Sequence record: SRR31147125_2000
Reading direction: 5' to 3' (one strand)
Length of the DNA stretch: 33,852 nucleotides
The notes beneath the pieces were generated by a model that did no database searches, had not been told where the DNA came from, and saw nothing but the letters and a program-made list of their open reading frames with translations. Position numbers and translations under genes: made by a program. This document shows, piece after piece, positions 1 to 9,491 of the stretch (its first letter is position 1; every line of letters begins with the position of its first letter).

Positions 1-109
1 CAAGTGTTTCTGCAATTGTATCTGTCAAAGATTTTACAACTTCTTCAGCTACTTTTTGAGTCACACCAGCTCTGTTAGCAACAACTGCAATTAGTTCAGT
101 TTTGTTCAT
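1..109 (-). CDS. hup: HU family DNA-binding protein (5' part; runs off the window)
   Basis: Manual translation from ATG at 109 gives MNKTELIAVVANRAGVTQKVAEEVVKSLTDTIAETL, the classic HU N-terminus. RBS AAGGAGGT at 116-123. Lies downstream of gpsA as in Bacillus. Confidence 0.93.
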   Translation of the reverse strand, partial: MNKTELIAVVANRAGVTQKVAEEVVKSLTDTIAETL

Positions 110-134
110 AACATGACCTCCTTAACGTATTTCT

Positions 135-163
135 ATTTTATCAATAAATACCTTAAAAAGCAA
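135..163 (-). promoter_or_regulatory. Sigma-A type promoter for hup
   Basis: Minus strand reads TTGCTT-17 nt-TAAAAT with TG one base before the -10. Confidence 0.6.
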
Positions 164-204
164 CTTAAATCACTCATTTAATCGCTTTATTAAGCAAAAT
201 TCTT

Positions 205-1200
205 CTAAAAATCTTCAGATTTCAAATCTCTGGAGAGTAATTTTTTAATTGCTTCATCCATTGAAAGACTTTCATGAATAATTTCATAAGCAATTTGAAT
301 CATTGGAAGTTCTATATGATGCTTAATCGCAAGGTCATGCATCGCTTCAATCGTTCTAAAACCTTCAATGGTTTGTTTCTGGTCTTTATATATTTTTTCA
401 ACAGAAATACCTTGTCCAAGTTTTTTTCCTGCAGTAAAGTTTCTTGAGTTTTCAGATGATGCTGTAACAATTAAATCACCAATACCTGTAAGTCCAAATG
501 CAGTGGTATTTTCACCACCCATAATCTCTACTACTTTTACAATTTCTCTAATACCTCTAGTGATGACTGCAGCTCTTGCATTCTCACCCATGCCAAGTCC
601 TGCACAAGCCCCAGAAATGACTGCAATCGCATTTTTCACTGCACCACCCACTTCACATCCAACGACATCTGATGATGTATAGACACGTAAGTACTGATCA
701 TTTGAAAAAATTTGTTGCATATTTTTTGCAAGTTCCAAATTTTCACTTGATGTAACAAGTAATGTTAGTTTTCTAAGTATCACTTCTTCTGCATGTGAAG
801 GTCCAGTTAATACGACATAACCCGATAAATATTTTTTTGATATTTCTTCATTCACAATTTCTGATACTCTTTTTAATGTCGATGGTTCAATCCCCTTCGA
901 AATATTAATAAATGTCGATGGTCGATCAATTAATTCATTCATTTGTTTTAATACGAGACGTATCACTTTTGTAGGTACTGATAATACATAGTGATCACTA
1001 AATGCAATCACTTCATCCATATGAGTGGTTGCTTTTAACGATACAGGTAATGTAGTATCAAAAAATGGATGTAGATGTTTATTTATTTTATCAACATGTG
1101 ATTCTAAAATATCATAAATAAGCACTTGATGTCCATTATCTGCAAGTAATTGTCCAATTGTAGTGCCCCATGCACCACCACCTATAATACTAAAATTCAT
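205..1200 (-). CDS. gpsA: NAD(P)H-dependent glycerol-3-phosphate dehydrogenase
   Basis: GGGAWGT Rossmann motif, SKGIE, GPSHAEEV, GIGDLIVT, SRNF. Likely start is ATG 1200 (MNFSIIG), overlapping the der stop. Confidence 0.95.
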   Translation of the reverse strand: MNFSIIGGGAWGTTIGQLLADNGHQVLIYDILESHVDKINKHLHPFFDTTLPVSLKATTHMDEVIAFSDHYVLSVPTKVIRLVLKQMNELIDRPSTFINISKGIEPSTLKRVSEIVNEEISKKYLSGYVVLTGPSHAEEVILRKLTLLVTSSENLELAKNMQQIFSNDQYLRVYTSSDVVGCEVGGAVKNAIAVISGACAGLGMGENARAAVITRGIREIVKVVEIMGGENTTAFGLTGIGDLIVTASSENSRNFTAGKKLGQGISVEKIYKDQKQTIEGFRTIEAMHDLAIKHHIELPMIQIAYEIIHESLSMDEAIKKLLSRDLKSEDF

Positions 1201-2505
1201 GTTTATCCTTCTTTCTGAAAACAAATCGAATAGGTGTTCCAGTAAAATCGATTGCTGCTCTAAATTGATTTAATAAATATCTTTCATATGAAAAATGAAT
1301 AAAATCAGGATTATTTACAAATACTAAAAATGTAGGGGGTTTAATCGATACTTGAGTCATATATTGAAATGATGCTTTACCACGATTAAAAATTGCAGGT
1401 GGATTCATCATCACAGAATCAGTTAACAATTCATTTAATATACGTGTTGATACTTGTTTTTGATAATTTTCAAAAGCTTCATTTAAAGCAGGGAAAATTG
1501 TGTGTATACGTTGTTGTTCTTTCGCTGATGTAAAGACGATTGGTGCATAATCTAAAAACTTAAATTCTTCTCTAATTTTCTTTTCCATCTTACGCATGGT
1601 CTTCTCATTTTTTTCAACAATATCCCATTTATTAACAACTATCACAACTGCTTTATTTGCATCAACAATATATCCTGCTACGTGCTTATCTTGCTCGATA
1701 ATACCTTGTTCACCATCAATGACCAATAAAGCAACATCACTGCGTTCAAGTCCCGCAATCGCACGAAGTACACTATATTTTTCAGCACTTTCATAAATGC
1801 GTCCACGTTTATTGATACCTGCAGTATCAATAACGACATAATCTTTTTTATCTTTTCTAAATGCTGTATCAATGGCATCACGTGTTGTCCCTGATATTTC
1901 ACTAACAATGACACGTTCTTCACCTAATATCGCATTCGTTAATGATGATTTTCCTACATTTGGTCGTCCAATCACACAAAATCTTAAGACTTTATCATCA
2001 TAGTCTTGATCATCTTCAGTGATATATTCAATAATTTTATCTGATAAGTCACCCGTACCGATACCATGATATGCACTAATACCTATTGGATCACCAAAAC
2101 CTAAACTATAAAATTCATAAATATTTTGCATTTGATTAACATCATCTATTTTATTAACCGCTAAAATAATTGGTTTATCAAATCGATATAACATTTTAGC
2201 GATATAGTGATCAACATCAGTTAACCCAACTTTACCATCAACAACAAAAATAATGGTATCTGCTTCATCCATTGCCATTGAGCTTGGGCTTTGATATGGT
2301 TTAAAAAAGGGGCATCGCCAATATCGATGCCACCAGTATCTATCACCCTATAATTTTTGGTAAGCCATTGTGCACGTCCATAGAGTCTATCACGTGTTAC
2401 ACCAGCTTGATCATCTGTGATCGCAAATCTTTGACCAACAAGACGATTGAATAATGAGGATTTACCTACATTAGGTCTTCCTACGATTGCTACTTTATAA
2501 GGCAT
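1190..2505 (-). CDS. der: Ribosome biogenesis GTPase Der/EngA (split by a 1-nt frameshift near 2278)
   Basis: Two GRPNVGKS G1 motifs, DTGG/DTAG G3 and NKID/NKWD G4, spread over ORFs 2221-2505 and 1190-2278. One extra base at GCT CAA [N]TG GCA joins them. Confidence 0.93.
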
Positions 2506-2515
2506 ACTTCATCAC

Positions 2516-3907
2516 CTATTTTTTTAAATGTTCTTCAAATAAATCACCAAGTGTTACATTACCTGAATCATCATCATTTTCTAAATATTTTTCATATGAA
2601 GCACGTTCTTGTTTTTCTTTTAAATCACGAATAGATAATTTTAATATCCAACGATCTTTTCTTACATCAGTAATGATTGCTTCTACTTCATCACCAACTG
2701 CAAAGTAGTCTTCTACTTTTGAGATGTGTTCATTTGATAAATCACCAATAGCGATATCACCTAATACACCTTGAACTTCTACTTTAATGCCTTTAGCATA
2801 AACTTCTTTAACAGGTGCTTTAACAATTTCTCCACGTCTTACTGTTACATTTGACCATGGATTGTCTTCTAATAGTTTTCTTGATAATGCAATTCTTTCT
2901 TTTTTAAGATCTAATTGAATAATACCAAGTGTTACTTCATCACCAATTTTAACAAAATCATCAAAATTATCATTTGGATTCCATGAATATTCGTTTTTAT
3001 GTAATAATCCACGTACATCTGGTGCTAATTCAATAATTAAACCAAATGGAAGTTTTTGGAATACTGTACCAGTCACTTCATCACCAACTTTATGCGCATC
3101 ATAGAATAATTCATATGGTGTTTTAAGTAGTGCTTTCATTGATAAGTCTAGGCGATTACCTTCTTTTTTAATGACTTTAACTTCAACTTCTTGTCCAACT
3201 TCTAAAGCATCATTAATTTTTTCAATACGATGATGACTTACTTGTGAAATTCTAAGAAGTCCTACAACATGCTCAAAACGAATGGTTGCAGCATGTTTTT
3301 CAATTTTATGAACTTTACCTTTTAACACATCACCTGTGTTAATATTTTCTAGTTCTTCTTGACGAAGTGCTAATCTTTGTTCATAAGCTTCTTGTCTAGC
3401 TTTTTCAAATATTTCTTTACGAGAAGCAACTATTCTCTTAGAACGTCCTCTTCTTGATGCTTCAATAATTTGAATTTCTAGCGTTTTCCCTTTTAAACTA
3501 TCTTTATTATTGACAAATTCATAGTCTAATAAACTATATGGTAAAAAGACTTCTAATCCTTCATATCCTAAAATAACACCTTTATCTTTAACACTTTTAA
3601 CTTTTGCATTTACGATTTCTTTAGATTCGACAAGTGCTTGTGCTTTCTCGAATTTTTCTTCTTGAAGTAAAGGTAGTCGAGATAATAGAATTTGAGCAGG
3701 TTCATCAGTCATCTTCTGAACTTTCGCCTTCACGACATCACCTTCTTCTACTAAGCCAATAAAGCTCTGAGGTGCAGGTCTGTCGTAGTTATCTAGATGT
3801 ATTTTACCTTCTGTCATATACTGTACATCTAAATATATTGTGTTTTCTTCAACTTTGACGATAGTACCTTCAACGATTTGGCCTACCTTCAATACATTAA
3901 TCTCCAT
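2516..3907 (-). CDS. rpsA: 30S ribosomal protein S1 (five S1 repeats)
   Basis: Repeated S1 motifs (GQIVEGTI, EIVNAKV, GDVLKGKV, GDEVTGTV, GEIVKAPV), C-terminal TLGDLF, located between cmk and der. Start ATG 3907 with AAGGAG RBS. Confidence 0.9.
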   Translation of the reverse strand: MEINVLKVGQIVEGTIVKVEENTIYLDVQYMTEGKIHLDNYDRPAPQSFIGLVEEGDVVKAKVQKMTDEPAQILLSRLPLLQEEKFEKAQALVESKEIVNAKVKSVKDKGVILGYEGLEVFLPYSLLDYEFVNNKDSLKGKTLEIQIIEASRRGRSKRIVASRKEIFEKARQEAYEQRLALRQEELENINTGDVLKGKVHKIEKHAATIRFEHVVGLLRISQVSHHRIEKINDALEVGQEVEVKVIKKEGNRLDLSMKALLKTPYELFYDAHKVGDEVTGTVFQKLPFGLIIELAPDVRGLLHKNEYSWNPNDNFDDFVKIGDEVTLGIIQLDLKKERIALSRKLLEDNPWSNVTVRRGEIVKAPVKEVYAKGIKVEVQGVLGDIAIGDLSNEHISKVEDYFAVGDEVEAIITDVRKDRWILKLSIRDLKEKQERASYEKYLENDDDSGNVTLGDLFEEHLKK

Positions 3908-3949
3908 GTTTAATCTCCTTCTTTGCAATCAACTATATATCACCAGTTT

Positions 3950-4603
3950 TTACTGGTTTGTTGGTATTTTTGAAATAATAAGATGAACAACTTCATCAAT
4001 TGATAAATCTGATGTATCAATTTCTATCGCATCATCAGCTTTTTTAAGTGGTGACATTTCACGTGTTGAGTCTTTTGTGTCTCTAACTTCAATGTCTTCA
4101 ATGATTTGATCGATTTGAACATTTTTACCTTTTTTTATGGTTTCTTTAAATCTTCTTTTAGCACGTTCTTCTAAATTCGCTGTCAAAAAGATTTTTAAAT
4201 CCGCATGTGGTAACACAACTGTGCCAATATCTCTACCGTCCATAACGATATAACCATTTGCTGCTGCTTCCGTTTGTAGTTCAACCATTTTCATGCGTAC
4301 ATATGGCAAACTTGACACCAATGAAACATTTTGTGTGACGATATGTTTTCTAATATCTTCAGTCACATCACGATCATTAATATAAATTAAGTCATTTTCA
4401 TATCTAATTTGTATTGTTTCTAAAAAAAGATACTGGGTTGAATCATGTAAATCGATGCCTAACTCAAGTGCTTCTAAAGTCACTGCTCTATACATTGCCC
4501 CCGTATCAATATGTGTCCAACCTAACTTTTGTGCAATACGTTTACTTATGGTAGATTTACCTGATCCTGCCGGTCCATCAATTGCTAATTTAAATCCAGA
4601 CAT
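3950..4603 (-). CDS. cmk: Cytidylate kinase
   Basis: AIDGPAGSGKST, DTGAMYR, MDGRDIGTVV. Confidence 0.96.
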   Translation of the reverse strand: MSGFKLAIDGPAGSGKSTISKRIAQKLGWTHIDTGAMYRAVTLEALELGIDLHDSTQYLFLETIQIRYENDLIYINDRDVTEDIRKHIVTQNVSLVSSLPYVRMKMVELQTEAAANGYIVMDGRDIGTVVLPHADLKIFLTANLEERAKRRFKETIKKGKNVQIDQIIEDIEVRDTKDSTREMSPLKKADDAIEIDTSDLSIDEVVHLIISKIPTNQ

Positions 4604-4625
4604 AAGATTCCTCCATACATTCTTA

Positions 4626-4634
4626 ATTATACCA
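4626..4634 (-). promoter_or_regulatory. Extended -10 promoter upstream of cmk
   Basis: Minus strand TGGTATAAT just upstream of the GGAGG RBS of cmk. Confidence 0.55.
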
Positions 4635-4659
4635 TATATTTTGACAAATTAAAGCCTAA

Positions 4660-5394
4660 TTATGACAATTCACCTTGTGTATTGCCATATAATCGTTTGA
4701 CTTCATGTATCTTCAATGTACGGTAGCCACCTCTTTTAACACCTTCTAATGTTAAAAAGTCATATTTTATACGTGTTAATTTTTTTACTTGATAGCCAAG
4801 GGCATCAAATAATCTTCTAATTTCTCTGTTTTTACCTTCTGTTAGTATCACTGTAATAAGTGTTGATTGGTTTTCTTTATCGAGTTCTCTAAGATGTACA
4901 TATTTAGGTCTCATAAATTCACCATCAATTTTTAAACCCTTACGAAGTTCAACAATTTTCTTGCGAATGACAATACCTTTTACACGGACTAAATACTCTT
5001 TTTCAACATTATATTTTGGATGTGTTAAACGATAAGTTAAATCGCCATCATTGGTTAATAATAGTAATCCTGCACTATCATAGTCTAAACGTCCCACAGG
5101 ATAAACTCTTTTATCTTTATCTTCTTCTTTTAATAGATCTATCACAGTTTTTCTACCTTTATCATCCTCGGCAGTTGATAAATAACCTGTTGGTTTATTC
5201 ATTAAATAATATACTTTTTTAGATTGTACGATAGCTTTTCCATCGACTTTAATTAAATCATTTCTTGATACTTTGTAACCCAGCTCAGTGATGATTTTAC
5301 CATTTACTGAAACACGTCCCTCAGCGATCATTGTCTCTGATTTACGTCTTGATGCTACATTTGCATTTGCTAAAACCTTTTGTAATCTTTCCAT
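4660..5394 (-). CDS. rluB: rRNA pseudouridine synthase, RsuA/RluB family
   Basis: MERLQK..ASRRK S4 domain, NKPTG, VGRLD catalytic motif, EGKNREIRR. Confidence 0.9.
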   Translation of the reverse strand: MERLQKVLANANVASRRKSETMIAEGRVSVNGKIITELGYKVSRNDLIKVDGKAIVQSKKVYYLMNKPTGYLSTAEDDKGRKTVIDLLKEEDKDKRVYPVGRLDYDSAGLLLLTNDGDLTYRLTHPKYNVEKEYLVRVKGIVIRKKIVELRKGLKIDGEFMRPKYVHLRELDKENQSTLITVILTEGKNREIRRLFDALGYQVKKLTRIKYDFLTLEGVKRGGYRTLKIHEVKRLYGNTQGELS

Positions 5395-5410
5395 TTTCAT
5401 CACCAAACAT

Positions 5411-5478
5411 ATTATAACATAGTTATGGTTAGATTATTGATGGATAATATAAAAAAAATCTTGGTTTTTTGTTATAAT
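5411..5478. promoter_or_regulatory. Divergent extended -10 promoters (rluB on minus, GntR pair on plus)
   Basis: TGTTATAAT on the minus strand at 5411-5419 and on the plus strand at 5470-5478. Confidence 0.6.
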
Positions 5479-5499
5479 AGAAACAAAGGAGTACGAGAT

Positions 5500-6251
5500 A
5501 TGGATTATATTATTATTGATAAAACTTCTAAAATTCCATTATATATTCAAATATCAGATTCAATCAGACATCACATTAATTTAGGTCATCTTAAACATGG
5601 CGATCAATTGCCGACTGAATCTTCAATTAGTGGTATTTATGAAGTCAGTGTGATTGTTGCTAAAAAAGCTTATGATGATCTTGTTAAAAAAGGTCTTGTT
5701 AAACGTATTAGGGGTAAAGGTAGTTATGTTGATACGTTTAAACCGATCAAGGTTAATTTATCATCCGAGATTTTATCTATATATGAATTTTTAAACGGTA
5801 GCGAAAGAAAACTCTTATCATTTGAAAAAGTTAAAAATCACCAATATGCACATTCTATTCTAGATTTAGATTCATCTGAAGATGTTTATGTCATGAAAAT
5901 TGTCGTTGTTGCTAATCAATTACCATTGTATTACCAGGTAGTTTATATACCAGCAAAATATGTGCCTGCATTTAAAAAAGAGTTTATTAAACATTTGACA
6001 TTATTTGAAATACTTGGTCAAAAATACCACTTAAACCCTAAACAGCTCATTCAAACTTATCGTGCGATAAATTTAACACCTGATTTAGCTATGATGCTTG
6101 ATATGAAAAAAATGACCCTGCATACTACATTCGATCAATTTTTTATAATGATGATCATGAAAAGCTAGCTTTTTTTGTGATGTATGCAAATCCTAAACTA
6201 TTAGAATTAGAGGTTGACGTCAATGGACATTCTCAAGACATTAATCGTTGA
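5500..6251 (+). CDS. GntR family regulator, HutC/UTRA type (frameshift in the A7 run at 6106-6112)
   Basis: PLYIQI..GDQLPTE..VAKKAYDDLVKKGLVKRIRGKGSYV winged HTH followed by a UTRA-like domain. Start ATG 5500 with AAGGAG. Adding one A continues the frame as KKNDPAYYIRSIFYNDDHEKLAFFVMYAN... to TGA 6251. Confidence 0.85.
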
Positions 6252-6966
6252 TAAGCGATCGAAAATTTCATTTCATGATCAAATTTTTATGTTTTTATTT
6301 AAACATATACTATCTCATGATATTGTTTATCACCAAGTACTTCCACCTATCGAACAAGTCGCAAAACATTTAGATGTTGCTATATCAGAAGTTACTGATG
6401 CGTACATGCTTTTAAAAATTCATAAGTTTATTGATGATATAGATGGACAATACCTTGTGACTTATATTGAGGTAGAGAATCTTTTACTCACATCCATGAT
6501 GACTATTCTAGATAGTATTAAAGCACTAGGTAAAACGCCTGATTTAAAACTTGTACACGCAAAAAAAATCAATCCAAATCAGAATTTTTATGATCAGTCA
6601 AGTTATTTATCAAATGAACGCATTTTTGAAATAAAGCGAATATTTTATGCAGATAGCAAGCCTATTGGTATAATGTGTAATTATATTTCTTTAAATAGAT
6701 TCCCAGAGTTCCCTAAAAAATTTGAAGAGAATCGTTCCCTTTATGAAATTTTTTCTACCGAATATCAATTACAAATGAGTCGCTCTAATCGAGTTGTTAA
6801 AGCAATTTCACTATCAAAAAATGATGCACTACTCTTAAATGAAAAACCGCATATTGCGACTTTTAAAACATATTCTAAATTATATGATCAATACAATCGT
6901 ATGATTAGTTATGCAGAATTTATAACAACCAACGATTTTGCATACACATTTAAAATAAATATATAA
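6223..6966 (+). CDS. GntR/UTRA-domain protein with divergent HTH
   Basis: IVDKRSKISFHDQI..LPPIEQVAKHLDV N-terminus and a UTRA-like C-terminus (IKRIFYADSKPI, SLYEIF, YDQYNRMISYAE). Start ATG 6223 after AGAGGT. Confidence 0.8.
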   Translation: MDILKTLIVDKRSKISFHDQIFMFLFKHILSHDIVYHQVLPPIEQVAKHLDVAISEVTDAYMLLKIHKFIDDIDGQYLVTYIEVENLLLTSMMTILDSIKALGKTPDLKLVHAKKINPNQNFYDQSSYLSNERIFEIKRIFYADSKPIGIMCNYISLNRFPEFPKKFEENRSLYEIFSTEYQLQMSRSNRVVKAISLSKNDALLLNEKPHIATFKTYSKLYDQYNRMISYAEFITTNDFAYTFKINI

Positions 6967-6972
6967 ATGCGT

Positions 6973-7004
6973 AAAAGGTATTGCGTCTAGCGATACCTTT
7001 TTTT
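6973..7004 (+). terminator. Intrinsic terminator of the GntR operon
   Basis: AAAAGGTATTGC-gtcta-GCGATACCTTTTTTT hairpin with T tail. Confidence 0.8.
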
Positions 7005-7008
7005 GTAT

Positions 7009-7036
7009 AAAAAAATAGAGAATAATCTCTATTTTT
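7009..7036 (-). terminator. Intrinsic terminator of efp
   Basis: AAAAATAGAGA-ataa-TCTCTATTTTT inverted repeat with a T tail on the minus strand. Confidence 0.7.
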
Positions 7037-7062
7037 ATGTTTGTATTGGATTAAAATGTAAT

Positions 7063-7626
7063 TTATTTATCTCTTGAAGCATATGAACCATCAGTTGTAT
7101 TGACAATGATTTTTTCGCCTTGAGCGATAAACATTGGTACTTTAACTAATAATCCTGTTTGCATAATTGCATCTTTTAATGCATTTGTTTTTGTATCACC
7201 TTTAACAGCTGGCATTGTTTCAGTGACTTCTAAAACAACTTTGTCTGGCAAGTTAACACCTAAGATTTCTCTGCCTTCATAAAACATAACTTCCACATTC
7301 ATGGTTTCATAAATATATTTTAACTCGTTTTTAATTTGTTCTTCAGGTATTTCAATTTGATCGTATGTTTCATTATTCATAAATACATGACGATCACCAT
7401 TTGCATATAAATATTGCATTGAAGTTTTATCGATTTGTGCACGTCCAACTTTCATACCTGCATTAAATGTATGATCAATAACCGCACCAGTTCTTAAATT
7501 TCTTAATTTTGAACGAACAAATGCACTACCTTTTCCTGGTTTAACATGCATAAATTCAATGACTTGAAATATGTTGCCATCAAATGTAATTGTTTGTCCT
7601 GTTTTAAAATCATTTGTACTAATCAT
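7063..7626 (-). CDS. efp: Elongation factor P
   Basis: [38 protein letters not shown]. Confidence 0.97.
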   Translation of the reverse strand: MISTNDFKTGQTITFDGNIFQVIEFMHVKPGKGSAFVRSKLRNLRTGAVIDHTFNAGMKVGRAQIDKTSMQYLYANGDRHVFMNNETYDQIEIPEEQIKNELKYIYETMNVEVMFYEGREILGVNLPDKVVLEVTETMPAVKGDTKTNALKDAIMQTGLLVKVPMFIAQGEKIIVNTTDGSYASRDK

Positions 7627-7657
7627 GGTTTAGCTCCTCTTATTTTTTTCCTCGTTT

Positions 7658-7686
7658 ATTATACATGAAAACATGCATTTAGGCAA
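7658..7686 (-). promoter_or_regulatory. Sigma-A promoter for efp
   Basis: Minus strand TTGCCT-17 nt-TATAAT. Confidence 0.65.
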
Positions 7687-8107
7687 ACAGTTGCAATAAA
7701 TAGACAATCGCTTCAATATATGAATCCACTTGTTTTCCCATAAAAGTCTGATGTACAACATCTTTAATGACATCTACTTTTCTAAAATCTTCACGTTTTG
7801 TAATATCTGATAAATGCACTTCCACTTTGGGTAGTGCAATCATTTCAAGTGCATCTCTAATCGCAATTGATGTATGTGTATATGCCCCTGGATTGATCAA
7901 AATTGCATCAAAATCCGCTTGAAATGTTTCATGAAGCACCTCAATAATTTCACCTTCATAATTACTTTGAAAAAAAGAAAATTCAATGGTTGGAAATTCT
8001 TCAGACATCGTATCGTATAAATCGTTTAAAGTCATTGAACCATAATGTTTGGGATCTCTTTTTCCTAGCATATTTAAATTAGGTCCATGAATGACAAGAC
8101 ATTTCAT
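7679..8107 (-). CDS. aroQ: Type II 3-dehydroquinate dehydratase
   Basis: HGPNLNMLGKR, QSNYEG, INPGAYTHTSIAIRDA, EVHLS. Confidence 0.95.
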   Translation of the reverse strand: MKCLVIHGPNLNMLGKRDPKHYGSMTLNDLYDTMSEEFPTIEFSFFQSNYEGEIIEVLHETFQADFDAILINPGAYTHTSIAIRDALEMIALPKVEVHLSDITKREDFRKVDVIKDVVHQTFMGKQVDSYIEAIVYLLQLFA

Positions 8108-8598
8108 TTATATTCCTCATTTTCCATGTAATTAATTAAAACCTTGACAGTTTGGTCAATATCATAGTTATTTGACACAATCGCATCAGCAAAATCTTGA
8201 TATTTCAAGTAGCGTTCGTCAAATAATTGTTCAAGTGTTTTTTTCTTTAATAGTGGTCGTTGATAATCATCTTCTAATCTTTTTTTAATGATTTCAATAT
8301 CTGTATCTAAATAAAATTTAACACCATCCATCAATGCTTTATTTTCTTTACGTGTGACGATACCACCACCACATGCAATGACTAGATTTTGATCACTTGG
8401 ACATTTTTGTAATGCTTGTGTTTCAAGTGCTCTAAATTTTTCTTCTCCATATTTTTCAAAAATTTCTTCGATAAACATATGCGCTTCTTTTTCAATAGAA
8501 CCATCTAAATCAACATATGTATATCCAAGTGCTTTTGCAAGTTTTGATGCAATTGTTGTTTTACCTGAACCAGGCATACCTATTAAAAATACTTTCAT
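8104..8598 (-). CDS. aroK: Shikimate kinase
   Basis: GMPGSGKT P-loop, GEEKFRALE, CGGG, RPLL. Confidence 0.93.
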   Translation of the reverse strand: MKVFLIGMPGSGKTTIASKLAKALGYTYVDLDGSIEKEAHMFIEEIFEKYGEEKFRALETQALQKCPSDQNLVIACGGGIVTRKENKALMDGVKFYLDTDIEIIKKRLEDDYQRPLLKKKTLEQLFDERYLKYQDFADAIVSNNYDIDQTVKVLINYMENEEYK

Positions 8599-8621
8599 GT
8601 CAAACTCCCTTTCGTTTTATA

Positions 8622-9491
8622 TTAAGATTTCAAGAAGTCTTTAACAGATGTATAGACATCTTCATATAGTGTTTCACTTAACGCGTTAAACATTGTTGTG
8701 TTCATTTGATTTTTAAACCATGTTTTTTGTTTTTTTGCAAGTGCCTTACTTTTCTTAATAATGATTTGTTTGGCCTCATCTAATGATATATCATTTCTTA
8801 TATAAGATGCAAGTGCTCTATAACCTATCGCATTGATTTCTATACCATCATCTAATAATGATTTTACTTCATTGATAAAACCGTCTTTTAATTGTTGTTC
8901 AAGTCGCATATGAAGTCTTTGTTCTAAGATTGTGCGATCAATATCCAAATATATGATCAATGGATCATATAAACAAACATCTTTTCTGTTTTTTTCTGAA
9001 CGTTTAATTCCTTTTTGAGCAAGTTCTAATGCACGTAGAACTCTTCTTCTATTTTTATGATCAACACCTGTTTGTGGGTCGAGTGTTTTTAACATATCAT
9101 ATAAAGATGAAGTATCTATGTGTTGATGCTTTTTCTCAAAATCTTTATCTGTGTCCATCTCATCAAATTCATAATCATAAAGTGAAGCTTTTATATATAA
9201 GCCTGTCCCACCTACGATTAATGGAATGTCTATGTCATTAATTTTTTTTCTAACGTCTTTTTGATATCTATACACACTATATGATTGACTTGGATCGACC
9301 ATATCTAGCAAATGATGAGTGATACCCATCATTTCCTCTGGCGTTACTTTTGCAGATCCAATGTCTAGTCGTTTATAAATTTGTACGGCATCACCATTAA
9401 TAATATCTGTATTTAACGCTTTGGCTAAACGTATGGATAATGCAGTTTTTCCTGAGGCTGTTGGGCCTACAATAACAATGACTTTTTTCAT
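8622..9491 (-). CDS. miaA: tRNA dimethylallyltransferase
   Basis: GPTASGKT, DIGSAK, VGGTGLY, AKKQKTWF. Directly downstream of mutL. Confidence 0.95.
   Translation of the reverse strand: MKKVIVIVGPTASGKTALSIRLAKALNTDIINGDAVQIYKRLDIGSAKVTPEEMMGITHHLLDMVDPSQSYSVYRYQKDVRKKINDIDIPLIVGGTGLYIKASLYDYEFDEMDTDKDFEKKHQHIDTSSLYDMLKTLDPQTGVDHKNRRRVLRALELAQKGIKRSEKNRKDVCLYDPLIIYLDIDRTILEQRLHMRLEQQLKDGFINEVKSLLDDGIEINAIGYRALASYIRNDISLDEAKQIIIKKSKALAKKQKTWFKNQMNTTMFNALSETLYEDVYTSVKDFLKS

Noticed and set aside
368..682. Antisense ORF inside gpsA, and similar short shadow ORFs (e.g. 1596-1796, 9787-10152, 19374-19562, 21310-21495, 31937-32119)
   Set aside because: They lie antisense or out of frame within well-supported genes and have no recognisable motifs.
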